This document shows positions 49,719 to 63,976 of a stretch of DNA of 64,000 nt, piece by piece. Origin of the DNA: Raillietiella orientalis (lineage: Eukaryota). The position numbers and the translations under genes were made by a program. Positions within the stretch are counted from its first letter, which is position 1. Each line of letters begins with the position of its first letter. Location: the NCBI GenBank assembly GCA_036172245.1, contig JAYWIR010000008.1:3534001-3598000 (forward strand), written 5' to 3'. The notes beneath the pieces were generated by a model. The model was given only the letters and a program-made list of their open reading frames with translations, was not told the DNA's origin and did not search any database.

Positions 49719-52463
49719 CGTGGAAGAGGGTGGTGTCTGTCTCCTGTCCTGCAAGTCAGATGCGCGGCGGTTCGGATGCTGGAGATACCTGCGACCCTTC
49801 GAGGTCTTCTCCTTCTCCCTTTTCCCCTCTTCCTCCTCTCTTCGTCTTCCACCTCCTCCCTTCCTCCTATTCCGTCTCGTCCACATCAACTTCGACCTCT
49901 GCGCTGCTCTCGCAGGAGAGAGGGCAAGAGGAAAGGACTAATGCAGCAGACACGACACCAAGAAGAGGGCACCGGAGGCCAGGCGCCCTCGGCTCCATTC
50001 TCGCGTGTCAACATCGGAGGTACCTCGCGCGGATCCGCAGGGGGGACCCTAGGAGAGACCTTCGAAGGATCGAGAGTGGATCCGAGAGACGCAGCCTCCC
50101 CACAAGCTTCCGAGCACTGCGGCTGGGAGACAGGTGGGGGGAGGTGCAGTGCCAACGGCGAAAATCGTCAGCACTCTGAGGGGACATAAGGAGGAGAAAC
50201 GGCGAAAGGTTGTTGAAGATCCCTGGGACCCACGGGGATGTAAACCTCCTCCTTTCCCGAAGCCACCTTCGGTTGACTCGACGACTCCTGGGTTTCCTGC
50301 TGGCCCAGGGTCCCCGAACGCCGGGATATTCCCGCGGGTCGAAGTCCGAAACGAAGAAGGGGGAAGGGGAGGGGGGCGAGGGAAAAAAAACGAAAAAAAA
50401 AAAAAAAGGGTCGGGATGGAAGAGGGGGGGGGGAGGAAGAAGGTGAGTTGAGGGAAGAAAGAGAGGTAGAAGGTGGGAGAAAGCGCGTGGGGTCTTCGTG
50501 CACCGGGACACACCCGATCTCTTCTTCCAGGAAGAAGAGGGAGAGGAGGAGGAAGAGGAGAGGCGCCGTTGCAAGGCATCTCCGAGAGCTGAACGAGCGA
50601 GCGCCGAAGGGCTGGACCGGCTCCGCATCGGATCAGCGGCTAGACAGCTGTAGGAGAGGAGAACCAGCCCTGTGAGAGGGAGGAAGAGGAGGAGAGGAAA
50701 CTTGGAAGGGTTTGCAGGACCCTCCCTGTCTCCTCCCCCACCATCTGTCCTTAGACGTCATCCACGAGGACTCCACAGTACGTCGCACAGAACCGCGAAG
50801 AGGGCATTTCAAGGTTCCTCTTGGGTCTTCAGGAGGAGTTCAAACCTGCCTTAAGGAGGGGAGAAAGGGGTCCCTGTATCGAACGCGTGGACCCTCCACC
50901 CTCTCCCGCTGCTTCCGCTCCCATATCCTCCAGGAGGTCCTCGGGAGCAAGCGCAGTCTCACGCGCAGCCCTCGGGCGCTGTCGGCTCGGGAACTTCGTC
51001 CGGCACCGACCCCCGCCGATGCGGGTCAGCGTGCCGCCCTCCGGCCCTTCCCCCGCTTCCCGAAGTTTCCGTCCAGCCTGCAGGGTGAGGGACACCGCCG
51101 GCTGCCTTTTGAAGTTCGGGGTTCCTTCCTGCCGGGCTAATGACCGGACATCCTGCCCCTGACCTCGGGAGGAAAGAGCGACCGTGAAGGTCCCGTTCGA
51201 TCCTTCATCGAGACGGCGGGTCTCCCGGCCACAGCGGGTGGGGAAGGTGGGAAGGAGGAGGAGCAGGACACGACGGCGATGCTGTGGTGGGTAGAGAGGG
51301 ACGCGGAAGATGGAAGAGGAGGAGAGGAAGAGGAGGAGGAAGGGCGCGGTGCCGAAGAAAAGCAGTGGCTCAGGGGGAGGAGCACAAGAATGGGGAAGAG
51401 GGAAGGGCGCAGAAGAAGCAGAAGGGGAGGCGAGCGGAAAATTCGGGTCGTCGAGACGAAGCGTCAGCTACCGCGCGCGCGAGTGGACACGCCGGCCAGA
51501 CCGGACGGCACGCGCGGAGGGGAAACTCGGAGACGACGAATGCGCACCTGCGGGGCCGACCGAGCAGCTGCGCCCGCAGAGCCGCGCCGCTCGCGCAGAA
51601 CCGACGAGCGGCGGCGGCGGCAGCCACGCGGGAAGGAAAAAAATGGGGGGAGAAGGGAGAGCAGTAGCAGCATCCATCCCGTGTTTTCCCGACCCCCTAG
51701 CACCCGCAGCCTCCTCACGCGCACGCGGCGACCGGCGCTCCTCCTCCCCTGGAGCCCTCCCGTTGCGTTCGGCGACTCCAGAGCGGCCGCGGCGGACAGC
51801 TCGAGCGGAGCCAACAGCCCGCAGCCTGCCGCGCCCCCGCCACAGCTGCAAGAGGGCACGTAAGTTCTCCCTCGCGCGCGCGCGCCCGCAGAGAACTGCG
51901 ATGGGGTGGGAGGAAGAGGAACGGCGCAGCGTAGGAGAAGGATGGGCGTGCCGCGTGAAGGAGACCCAGAAGCGATTGAATCCGGGACGACCACTTGGAA
52001 AAGCTCCCTTGAGGGAGGGAGCTGGCAGGCCATGGGCTGCAGACCTTCTCCCTCCATTTCTTCCTCTCTTCCTCCGCCATTCTTTTTCATCCTCCTCCTC
52101 CTCTTTCCTTTTCTCTCTTCTTCCCTTCCTCCTCCCCCCCCCCGCGAAGGATGGTAAGGGGACTTTGGACTCTGCCTAACCCCTGACGCCATGTGGAGAA
52201 AGCGAAGGCCCCTTCTCCCTCCAGACCGAAAGATTCTTCGGGACCGGGAAGGAGAAGGAGCCACAGCGAGCAGCACGCTGCGGAGAGAGTCGGGAGCTTA
52301 CCCTTTCGGCCGGTGGATTCGGATCATGACGCGGGTGGGGATGACGGCAGCCGCAGAACACCTGCCGAGAGCCTCCAGCGAAAAGGGGGACTTCGGCCAG
52401 CTGACCTTTCGCCCAGGGTGGGTTCCTTCCCTCCTCCAAGGGACCGCGCGCACGTCACTCTCG

Positions 52464-52688
52464 ATCCTCCTCCCTTTCTCTCCCTCCCTCCTTCTCCTCC
52501 TGATCCCTTCGTTCTCCTCCTGCTTCCCTCTTCCTCATTCTCCTCCCTTACTTCTCCCTTTTTTTCTCTTCCTCTCTTTTTCCTTGTCCTCCTCTTCCCT
52601 CTCTCCTCCTCCTTTCCTTCTCCCTTTTTTCTCCTCGTCCTCCTCCTCTTTCTCCCTTCTTTCACCTTGTTATCTTCATTTCCTTCTT
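52464..52688 (+). repeat. Long polypyrimidine tract
   Basis: About 225 nt, almost all C/T on +. Confidence 0.8.
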
Positions 52689-55600
52689 GGTGACACTTAG
52701 GAAGACATGCTTTCCGGAAGACCCCTCTCTGCATCCAGCTCCTCCTTCTTTTCCTTTCCCTTTCTTTCTTTCCCTACTGGACCCTGGGAGGAAGGAGGTC
52801 TCCTCCCAAGCCGGAAGGAAAATCCTGCAGCCGGGCGGACCCGCTTCTGGCTCCTCACCCGGCGTGCAGGGACTCCACCTTGATGTCATCCGAAGGCACC
52901 CCGCATCCCCTCGTCCACGGCGCGAACCGCTTCCCGGGTTCCAGGATGAAGGGGGGGAAGGGGGAAGCAGAAGAGGCATTCGCGGCCGCCGCTGCCTCGG
53001 CACCGGGTGAACCCGACTCAGCGGCGTTCCATAGGCGAACGAGCATCCAAATTGGGAGGAGAGGGAGACAGGACCAACGCTATAGCGGCCGTGGGAGGAG
53101 ATTCATCTAGGGAGCTTTGTGTAGCCGCCCACAAACGATCCTAAGAGCTCCAACTGTCCCGGGCTCAGGTCGACGCTACGGGTGTTCCCTCTCCTGTTCC
53201 GATGGAGTGCCGCCTCTCCCGCTGTCCACGAGCGTATTCGGGAGATCCGCTGATGCGTCCACGGTGTGGCGTTTCGCCCTCTCCCGCGGAAGAGGCACCG
53301 AGGAGCAAGTAGGGAGCGGCACCCTCTTCAAGAGAGCTGGGAGCTGCTCCGGCGGCGAGCAAGGAGCGAGGGCTGCAAGCCACGGGGGTGGTGGAGCTTC
53401 TACCGCATCTCTTGAGAGGAGAGGAGTGGGGTTTTCCCCCGTGTGACAGTTCTGCTCCCTCTTTCGCTAGCGAGACGCCCACCGGATTTCCCTTCAGGAG
53501 CGCGACTGTGATGGCGCGATCGAAGTCGCTCGTTTCCAAGGAGAAAAGCGAACCGTAAGTCCGTCGCAGGACGCCCTTCGCTCCCATCCCAACCACCGTG
53601 CGTCCATCAGTCGCGGCAGAAGCGAGCGAGCCGCCTCTCCCGCCGAGAGACCTTGGACGCGAGACCTCGGCGGCGTGCGCGCCTGCTCGCGTGGCCCGTT
53701 AGCGAAAAACTGCTGCGCTTCCTTCCTGCTCGGACGCCTGCCGCTGGCCGCGCGTTTCCTGCCAGAGCCTTCCGTGCGCGCACGAGGGTTCCCGGTTTCG
53801 CCGGCTAGGCGTGGCGACGACGAGCAACAAGGAGAGGAACGGAGGGGAAAGGGGAGGAAGGGAGGAGGAGGAGGAAAAGAAAGGGAAAAGGAGGAGGAAA
53901 GGGAGGAGGAGGAAGGGAAGAGGAACGGAGGCTGGATGCTCCGTCGCCCATCGCCTACTGGAGCCCTCTCCGACACAGGGGGAGCTTCCTCAGGGCTGCT
54001 GCGGGTTAGCGGCGGTGGCGAGCACGCACACCACCAGATACTGCACGAAGCTGCTGGAAGATGAGTTCCTCCTCCTCCCCCACCTCGGAGCTCGCGACCC
54101 TCGTCTTCGCGTACAAGACTGCCAGATCATCCAGATCCGCGGTCTCAGTCTCGCGAGCGCAAGCATCTGGATTTCAGATGCTCGCACTGTGTATCTAGGC
54201 GGTGGTAACCACGGGGCACGGATCCCGCTGCTTCTGCGCGCGCACGTGTCTCTCTCGTAGCGGAGCAACGGCGAAAGGAATGAATGGGGCGGTAAAAGGA
54301 AAAAAAAAAAAAAAAAAGGAAGGAAGGAAGAAAAATGAAAAAAAGAAAGAAGGGTTGGGGACGGAGATGGGGATGTGTGGATCTCCCATCCATCCCTTCT
54401 TTCCACGTGTCGCCGTCACACGAAGGGGAAGGACGCAGGTCGTAAAGCTCCCTGTCTGGAGAGCAACGGCAGCAGACAGCAGCATCTGCACAGGCGGACC
54501 GGAATTCCATTCTCGCGTCGCCTCCTTCCTCTCACCCCCATCCACCTCCTTCGTGGGTTGTCCCCCTCTGAGGGAGTCCCAGCGAAGCATTCCGCCGCCC
54601 TTCCCTTCTTCGCTGCAGCCGCCCAGCCACTGGAGGATGAAGCAGAGCAGAGGACCCGAACTCCCTCGTTCCCAATTGCACCAGGGGCCGGAGGGACCCG
54701 TGGGAGCCGGGCCAGAACAAAGGGGCGTAGAGGGTTGGCCGGACCACTGGGACCAAGTGACCCCCATGTCTTCCGCTGGTGCGGTGGCGATTCGCGCGAG
54801 CAATGACTAGGGCGCGCCAGTGTCCAGAAGAAGGGTCGGTCGACACTGGCGTACCCTCGACTCCTGTGGGAGGGGAGGTTGAAGGAGCTGGTGGGATGGG
54901 GGTGAAACGAGAGCTCATGGAAGCGAAAGCCAGAAGAGGAGAAAGCAGGCGGGAGAAACCAAACCTATGCGGGTCATCGGAGGCTGCTTCTTCGTCCGAG
55001 AGCCGAGGACGGAAATGCCCGGCATCACCGCTGCGCGGCGCCTGAGTATCGTCTGCAAAAGGAGGGAAGGAGGGGGTAGCGAACCGCTCGGGGCGGGAGG
55101 AGAGGGTACCTGCTGGATGACAGCGGTGCACCCAGCAGTCTCCAGCGGGCCAGGCGAGAAAGTCCGTGGAGGATCCAGGATTCCCAGGAAGCTGCAGGAG
55201 GCTCCCGGAGGGTCTCCAGGCAGCATCACATCTCGTCTGGCTTCCGGCTTCCTTTTCTCTCCCCCTTCTACCGGAAGCTTTGTCCCACGAATTCCCACCT
55301 TTCCTGCCGGGGAAGCGGGAAGCAGCCTTCCCGGGCGTCGTGTGCGATCCGCTCTCCAGAAACGCCATCTTTCTCTTCCTCCTTTCTTTGCAAGCACTTC
55401 TAAAGAAGAGGAAATGGCAAACCTTTGACAGGGAGACGGTCGCCAGGGATATGATCACCACGAGAAGTTTCCTCGGGTGTCCGTCTGCCCCGGGAAGCAG
55501 AATCTTCGGCGGACCGCAGGGAGCAATGCAACCTTGGCCTTTTCCCTGCTGCGTCTAGGGAGCCGGGGAAGCCACGCCGGAATGCTGGCAATCTTGGGGA

Positions 55601-57348
55601 TGCCCCACGGATGCGACTGTGCGGACGGGGCGAAGGCAGGGGTCACATTCCGTCGGCCAGAGGCAGCGGGCGCCACCTGAGGGACGGCGGGAGTCAAAGG
55701 CGATCCCCTCCGGTGGGGCCGCGCGTCTGCTGTCGGGGAAACGCCCGGCGGGATACGCGAAGGGAGGGGACGCGAGCGAACGCCCGTGCACGCGACTTGG
55801 TACACTGGCAGAAGGTGTGTGTGCGCGCGCGCACCCAGAGGGACGACGAGCAACGCTACAAACGAGCCGGCGTGCAAGGGAGCGGACGAGCGAGCGGACG
55901 ACCTGAACGGTCCTCGCTCGTACGCGGACTCGGAGTCGCCTCCAGCGGCGGGTCTGGTTAGGGCGTTCCGCTGTGTCGGGTCAACGGCTCCGGCGCTTCC
56001 GGGTTTCTTTCAGCATCCGAAGGGGTTTAGCGGACCTGAACCGAGGGTGCAGCCACCAGCCAGCAGACTCTTCCACCGCCGCGCGCCTCCTCCCCCTCCC
56101 GGCGACAGGAGCCCCGCCGGACGCCTCCGACAAAACCGCCCTCGCTGCCACCTGGAGAGGGACGCTGTGCCGCTCGACCCCTGGCGGGGTTATGCGGCGC
56201 GCATCGACGACGTGGCTGTCCGCTCACTGCCAGCCGGGACTCCTCCGGCTCGTCGGCTCGTCAACGCGCGAGCGCGCCCACTCTGCCTATTTGCCCTGGC
56301 CGCCAGCGAGCCCGGTATTTCCTTCTGTCTTGAGGACGCTCTCCGGCTGGTGGAGACTCTCCTGGTGAAGGAGACGCTGGTTGGGGACAACGGAAGGGGC
56401 CTTTCCGTTGAGAGGAGACCCTCGGGAAAGAGAGCATCCGCTCTTCCGTCCCACCGATAAGGGGGCGTCCTTGCTGGTCGCTTCCCCTCCGCTTTCACCC
56501 TCGTTCCCCAGGGAGTTTCGACCAACTCCTTCTGTTCCTCCATAGAACGGCAGTGACAGGAATCAAGACACCAGGAAGCGTCGCGAGGATTCACGGGAGG
56601 ATGGGGGGGAGTAGGAGTAGGGATGAGGAAGCCGCGTGGGGCGTGACGAGCCCTGCCCAAGACTTCCTGCTCGCAGCAGGGCACACGCCACGAAATGGGG
56701 ACGTCCCTACCTCTCGTCATCCACTCGACAGCAACAGATAGCGCTGCTTAGTCCGTTTCACAAGCCCCGACATTCCGGGAAGGAGGACCTTCCTCCTCAG
56801 ACATCGCCTGCGATCTCCATTGCAGTGGGAAGCCTCCCCTCTTCCTCATCCTTGAAAGTCACCCGCCCCTCGCTCCCTTCGCGCCAGAGATGCTGTTTCC
56901 TACCCCCAAAGGGAACAGCATCCTCTCCTGCTCCTTCACAGAGCAGCCCAGGGAAGGAAAGCCAGGAAAGCGCGGCCACCAACGAAGTATCCCGGCTTTG
57001 CTGTTGCTCCCAGAATCAGATCCCACCCCTTCTCCCATCTCTCCTTGATCGAAAAAAAAAAAAAAAACGAAAAGAAGGAGAGGAGGAGAAGGGACAATTA
57101 TCTGAATTTCCCGGCATCCCATCACCCATCTCTACCCACAGAGGTCGAGAAGAACGCCAGAGCACCCTCTTCCATACTGTTCATCCCCAAAGTGTCATAG
57201 TGACTCCTCCAAAAGCCCTGGGAGCCGGCCCGACTCAGGAGAGCATCTGAAGGCAACGGCTGCCGCGACTTCCGCCTGCGCTCTCCCGCCCCCGGAGTGC
57301 CCGACGCGGTCCCCTCCTCCCTTAAAGGCACCAAAGCGACTAAGAGAA

Positions 57349-57517
57349 CTTCCTCCCTCCTCCTCCCTTCCTTCCTTCTTCCTCCTCTTTTCCTCCTCTC
57401 TTTCTTTCCTCCTCCCTCCCTTCCCTCCTCCTCCTCTTCTCCTTCTCTTTTCCTTTCTTCCTCCATCCCTCCTCTTCCTCCTCTCCTCCTCTTTTCCTTC
57501 CCTCCTCCCTTCCTCCT
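57349..57517 (+). repeat. Long polypyrimidine tract
   Basis: About 170 nt, almost all C/T on +. Confidence 0.8.
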
Positions 57518-60500
57518 AAGGGAAGGACCCTTGAGGGAAATGCGCGCAGTTTCAGGCAGTGGAGTGCTCCCGTCTCCACAGTCACTACAGGGAGCTCTCG
57601 CGAGAGAAGACGCATCTTTGGGGCGTTCCGAGGACGCTCGGGAAAAGAAAACACGGGAGATGGAGCGGTCACCCCTCGCTTGCTGCGGGGAATCTTTCAG
57701 GTCAAACGTGATCCTCCTTCGCGTCGGAACGAGTGGGACGGAGGAAGGGGTTGGGAAGGGGGCAACGGAGGGCAATGGTGGAAGGGAGAAGGAGCCCAAA
57801 GTGCCAGTTCCGGGTTCGCTGGCGCTGCAGCTGGGAAGCTCCGGGACGAATCACCGCCCCTCCCTCGCCTTCGTCGCGATTCGGTTCGGCGGCACGCGGG
57901 GTCGAGAGAGCCGGTGTGGAGCTGCGGGGCATGGCTGACTGCGCGGGCGGGCACGCCAGGCATCTTTCGGGAACGTAAACAGGACCGCTTTTCGTCCTTG
58001 AGAAACACGGCGGCGACCTCTGGAGCTTCAAGGTCCTCCTCTCCCCCCCCCTTTTCCAGTGGTCTCACCACCTGGAATTGGCTGCCGCGGTTAAACACGG
58101 TGCGCTGTGCGGTTCTTCCCGGCGAGCGCGCATCTTTGGTGCGGAACCGCCCGGGAAGGAGAGCGGGGAACGCACGCGCGCGCTCCTTTTTTCCTTTACC
58201 TTTTCCCATTCCGCTCCCGCGATCACCGATTGCGGGGTTCGCGTTCCCAGGCAACTGTGTAGCCGCTCTCCCCGCCGGGCTCCCCACCAGGGGGCTTACC
58301 CGGGGGGTTCGGGCACTCCGCGGGATGCTTCAGGGACTCCCATGGAAGTCCCTTCCCACTTTCGCCCCCGGCATTCCCCCTGGCGATGGGACACGCCCCT
58401 TCTTCAAGGGCGCACGTCGTGCACGCAAAAGTCTCACACTCCCATGCACATACGGACGCTCCACGCATCGCAGGTTACGCATTCACGTCATACGCGTGTC
58501 GCGCACTCCTCGCACGCGTCCCACGCACATTCGGGTCACCCCGAGTCGGCTTCGTGTGTTCTCATGCTGCACACACGCGGCACACGTCGGTGGCGCCTCG
58601 CGTGTGTCGCTCGCGTTTCGCGTACGCCGTCGCACACTTTAGGCATGCACGAGCTCAGAAGAGCCACACGTTAGTGCGCGTGCGCGGCAGGGGAGGCTTC
58701 CCGGAAGGACAGCTAACCGCCGCTGCCGCTCGTCGAGAGCGAAGGGACGCGACCCGGCGGACTGCGCGCCGCCGCCGGGGGAGGTCTCCCGTATGCCTCG
58801 GAGGTCTCCTGCAACTGCTGCCGCGACCCTGCTCGCCCCTCGGCCGAGTCCTCCCGGTTTGGAGGGATGCAACGGCCGCCGAACGGGGAGTCTCCGCTCC
58901 CCCATCCCCCCTTCCCTTCTGCCTCTGGCAGCAAGAAGAGCTGTTCCCCACCGGCCCCAGAGGCAGGTCTTCTCTCCCTCTCTGTCCCACTGGCGCCTGG
59001 GACCTCGAGACTCGGCCTCCCTCACCGTCCGCCGTCCTCTCCTCTTCCGGAAAGGGAGAGGACAAGATACCCGCTGTAAGTCCCTCAAGATGCCTGCTGC
59101 GAGGCACGCAAAGAAACGGGAACGACGTGCGCGTGAGTGTCGTTGAGCGAGCACCTTCGACCTTTCCCCAAGAGCATTCAAAGAAGAAGACTCTGCACGC
59201 CTCCCACGCGACGCGCGGCAACTTGGACCATTCCGAGAACAGGTTGCTCCAGCCAGTCTCACCCCAGCCCCTCCTGCCGCAGAACGCCTCGGCCTCGGCG
59301 GCGCTTCCTGGCCCGTCAGAAGGGCCGGCAAGTAGAGCCGTCGCGCTGGAGAGGAGAGATGACATTGAGATAAACACTTTCGCAGACTCCACAGCAGCGA
59401 TCTCCGGCAAGTTCGCCGCTAAGGAGGGAAAAGCTCGGCACTTCCTCCCCCCCCCCCCTTTTTCCGTTGCTCGGCAATGGGTTGTTGATTCTCAAGGACC
59501 CCTCTGGAAGCAACGAGCTTTTCGCCGGGTCACCTTCGGCGGGGTCTCCGGAAGGAGCACGTGCGCGCGATTTCTTCACGCATGGCACGCCGCTGGGAGC
59601 CATCAGAGAGGCCTCGCCACAAGATGCGGCCGCCCTCCTGGACCAGGGAAACCGAATCGGCCCACTCGCGCAGCCAAGGAGAGGAGGCGGGGAGAGGGGG
59701 CAGGAGGGGCGGCAAGCAGGAAGAGCAACTCGCGCGCAGGCGTGGGCGGGAAGGGCAGGAGGCTTCCACAACAGGGCGTGGAACTCGTCGCAGGCCGGGC
59801 GGCACAGGCGGCCGATTTCGATCCCGCGTCCCCCCTCGGCAGTGGCCGCCGCAAGGGGGGAGGAGCAAGGGAGTGGAGAAGGGAGGAAAGAGGAGGAAGA
59901 GGAGCGTCGAAGGGCAGGATGGAGCCGAGAGCGCCCTTTGGGGTGTCCCAACACCCCAAAGTGGGAACCTCCATGACATGCGCTGCTCTATTTCCGCCAC
60001 GACGAAGCTCCCGTCCGAGATACAGCGGAGTCTCTCCTGGAGGTGATCCCGGGATCCCCCCTCACTTCCTCTTGGGCGATCTCCTGGCCGGTACTCTCGA
60101 GCTCCGAGCAGCCAGCCGCCTCGTCCCTCCCGAGGAAGCAGCGGGGGAAGGACGCCACCGCAGCGGTAGCCCGCGCATGGGTCCCGAATGGTGGCGCGCG
60201 AGCATTCGGCAGGCGGATGGTGGGGCGGGAGAGACTCGGGCTACCGACCCAACGGTCTCTACAAAGAGAAAGATGGGCTCCTTCAGAGGAGGGGATAAAT
60301 GGGAGACGCCCGCCGACGGTGGTTCCCGCTCGTTCCGGAAGGAAGGAAAAGCGCGCGGAAAAAAAAAGGCACCATCGCAGAGTCAGCTGTCGGAAGGGCA
60401 GAGCACCCGCTCAGCTGGGAAGAGCTGGGAAGACGCTGCCGGCTGCCCGGGGAGCGCGTCCCGATCTCCTGGTCTCATCCGCTCTCCTCCGGCTCCTTCG

Positions 60501-63500
60501 TCGTCCTCTTCATACCTCCTGGCCTGGCTGTACGCCACAGGCGAAGAGCCAGGATGAACCCAACAAGAGCACCGCGCAGGCCGCAGCGCTCGTGGGCTTC
60601 CCCCTCATATCTGTGGACCAACTGGAAGATCAGCAAGAAACGCCCGCACCTCTTGATGACGAGATGCGAGAAGCTGTGTTCTGGGGTCCCTGAAGGGAGG
60701 GCGTAGGTGGAAAAGGAGTTCGAGGGGTCCGCAGGCACACTCAGAGAGAGAAAGAGTCTTTCCCTTGAGGACGCTTCCTGAAGAAGAAGGGAGAACAAGC
60801 GAGTCAGGGAAGGAACGCTGCCGCGGTGGGTGGCACACTTTCTGCATTCCCTGCTTCCCTTTCGTCTACTCCGGGTGCTCCCGGAGGCGCACACATCTTA
60901 AGATTCGGCAGGAAAAAAATGCCCTTCTCCTCCTTTTCCTCTGCCACCATTACCACCACCACCCGTCTTCCCCTCCTCTTCCCTTTCTCCACTACCATCA
61001 TCCATCTTCCCCTCTTCCTCTTCCTCCTCCTCTCCCCTTTTTCCTCGGACTCGTGAGGGTGAGTGCGCAGGAACGGACGCCAAAAAGCAGCGAGGGAAGA
61101 CGTAGCCGCTCGGAAGAACGGCTGGGCCTTCGCGAAGGCGGAGAGGTGGGACGAGGTGTCTCTGAGAGAGCCGGTCTGCGTGCGGCGGATCTTACCGCGC
61201 GCGCTCACACGGAAGAGGGGGGGAGAGGAAGAGGAGGAGGAGTGGCGGTCGGCTGCATGGCTTCGGAGAAAGTGGCCGCTGACGTCTGCGTCGGCGAAAG
61301 ACGCCTCGCCCCTGCAGAGCGCGGATCCGAAGCCCTCTAGGAGAGCTCGAGGAGAGCAGCAGCTTCCCTCTTGCATTGCCAGCGCCAGATCTCCGCCGAG
61401 ACGTCCCCTGTGGTGAGCCAGCGCCCAGCTGAGATCAGCGGCAGCGCAGGGGATGCTCCGTGAGAGGACCGTGCGCGCCGGAAACTTCACGAACTTTCCA
61501 AGCGAAAATTCGGGACGGGAAGGCTGCTGGAGGAGGCGGGGGAAGCAGCGGCTCCGAGGACGACAAACACCTCGCAGGAAGGCAGCTGCGAGCAGCGGCG
61601 CGTGCGCCACTCCTGCGTTCTCCCTTGGCGCGCGTTGGGGAGAGCAGAGGACATCTTCCACCACCCGGCAGCAGCAAAACGTTGGCGCTTGCGTCTCGGA
61701 CCCGCCCTTGATGCGGGAGGGTAGGAAACTGCGAAAAATTGGCATGCGGCGGATACTCCCTGCCTGGGAGCGCAAGGAAGTTCGCCGCGATGTTCGGAGA
61801 TAGCGTTCGCTCACGGTCCGCTCGCGCTCTCTGAGCTCTCGGGAAAGAAAAGGGGAGAGAGGGGCATCTAAAGATGCACGAAGGAAGGAGAACATGAAAA
61901 AAAAAAAAAAAGAATGAAGAAAAAAAAAAAGGAGATGCTGTTTCCCCGGCAGCGCGCGATGCTTTCAGCTTACTTTCGTTATAGTAGACGAGGGGTCCCA
62001 TTCGCTTTTTCTCCTCCTCCTCCTTCCCCCTTTTTTTCCTTCCGTTTTTTCCCTTTGCGGTCGTAAATCTCGGCGACGCGGAAGGACACCCTGCGCGACA
62101 CGAGGCTGTCAGCGGGAAGCGGCCAGAGCTCGGGAGAGAGCGGAGCGCGGAGGAACCTCGGCCGCAAGAGGTCCACTCCCGAAGGCTCGCGCGTCTACCC
62201 GCCCGTCCTGGATTCCCGCGAGCGAAGGAAAGGGGGACGCGCGCGACGGTCCTTCTGTCCCGCGTCCCTCTCCGCTCCCTGGTCCAGCACGCGGGCAGGA
62301 AGGCGGGGCAGCCTCCAGAGGGGGCGCGCGCGCCATGGCTGCCCCGACCTGCCTGCCTTCTGAGCTCCGAGAGGATCTCCCGAAGCCGTCGACCGGCACG
62401 CGTCCGGCGGCCTCTGCGCCCATTTGCCCCGCCCCCTTGCATTCCAGAAAGGAGGCGGGTGCCGAAGCTCGCAAAGGATCTCTTGTCGAAGCGGAGCTGT
62501 TTCATGAGAAGATGCAGGAGGACCAGAGATGGCGAGGTGTCCAGGGAACGTCTGGGAACGTTCCCTCTCTTCCCCTCTCCAGCCCCCTTCGCTTCGATGG
62601 GGGAGGAGAGGGGAAGGGAGGGTGCCCTAGCTTTGAGGTCATGCGTGACGATAGACTCGCAATGCCCGCCACTGCGGACGGAGAGCGGGTCGCTATGGAG
62701 ACGCCGAGAGCTTCCACCTCTCGTGGGACTCGCCCGTCATCCGTAGCCGTAGGCAGTGCGAAGGAGGACCAAGAGGAAGAGCGAAGGGAGGGGAGCCCTC
62801 ACCCCTACTGGGGGGCGCGTGCAACCGTTCGAGGTGCTCCCTATTCGTCGAGCTGCCAGAACCACCTCCCACTCCCCTCACCCCCATCATCATGGGGGTA
62901 GGGGGAGGGGGATTGGAATCCCTATCCTGCTCTCGAGAGGCGCGGCGGCGGTCCACTCCTTCGCGGCTTCGTCGTCAACCGAGGGATCACGGCTTCTCTG
63001 AATCAGGGATCCTTTCCAGGAAGAACGCTCCATGGTGGTGTTGAGGGAGGGAGATCGCGAAGGTCTTGTGAAGGTCCATCCGGGAAGACGGGCCGAGGAG
63101 GGCGGCGGAGGCAGGTCCGCGCTCTCCCTGCTTCTGCCCGCAGACTCCCCACGCCCCGACGCACCTGTCGGCGGCGGCCCCGCGTGGAAGAACTCTACGA
63201 GCTCCCGACCTGACGGCCTCTCCCCCGTGGGGGGTGCAAGGAGAGGATAGGGCGCTGCTCTTGATAACGGGTCACGCTTTCCGCCGCAAAGCGACGCACC
63301 GAATTCTTCCTCCGCGGGCTGGAGGCTGCAAGGACGAGAAATTCTGGAGCTGCAGTATCGTTTCCAAGAGCCACGGAGCATCGTCCTCCCCCTCCCCTCT
63401 TCGTTGCGGAGGGCTACCCGCTGGCCGGCCACGGGTCGGGAACCAGGGAACAGCATCGTCGACATTCACCGTCGCCTCAAAGCCGGCGATCACGGAGCAG

Positions 63501-63891
63501 CCAAGTCCCCCTCCCCCACGATAAATAAATTTTCAGTTATTTATTTATTCGCATCCCACTCTTTCTCCTGGCTTCCCCACCGTCCCTAAGCCTTGACGGG
63601 AGTGGCGGCATGCCCCCCCTGCCGACGGCAGCCACCGCTCATTTCCCCGGCTCCAGAGGTTGCCCACCAACTTCCATGCTTATTTATTTCTATTTATTCA
63701 TTCATTTCATAAATAAACGGCCCACTGCCACCGGGTTTGAGGGCAGCTGATCACGGGGCTGCAGACGGTGACGGCGTTGCGATGGAGGGGGTACGGACAC
63801 CCTCCGCTTCGGGAATGCCCCACGCCTCGCGAGAGCAGTCCAGAGTGGGGACGAGGGGTTTCCCCACCGAGGCTCGCGCCCTCGCCTTCGC

Positions 63892-63976
63892 CACCACCAC
63901 CGTCATTGTCATCGTCATCGACAACCTCTCATTATCACCACCACCGTCATTGTCGTCGTCATCGTCAACCTCTCAT
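63892..63976. repeat. 44-bp-period tandem duplication (2 copies)
   Basis: CACCACCACCGTCATTGTC(A/G)TCGTCATCG(A/T)CAACCTCTCAT starts at 63892 and again at 63936. Confidence 0.85.

Noticed and set aside
58386..60557. 723-aa ORF on +
   Set aside because: It is Arg/Gly/Pro/Ala-rich with no recognisable domain, and overlapping ORFs occur in several frames, as expected in very GC-rich DNA. A novel gene cannot be fully excluded without RNA-seq.
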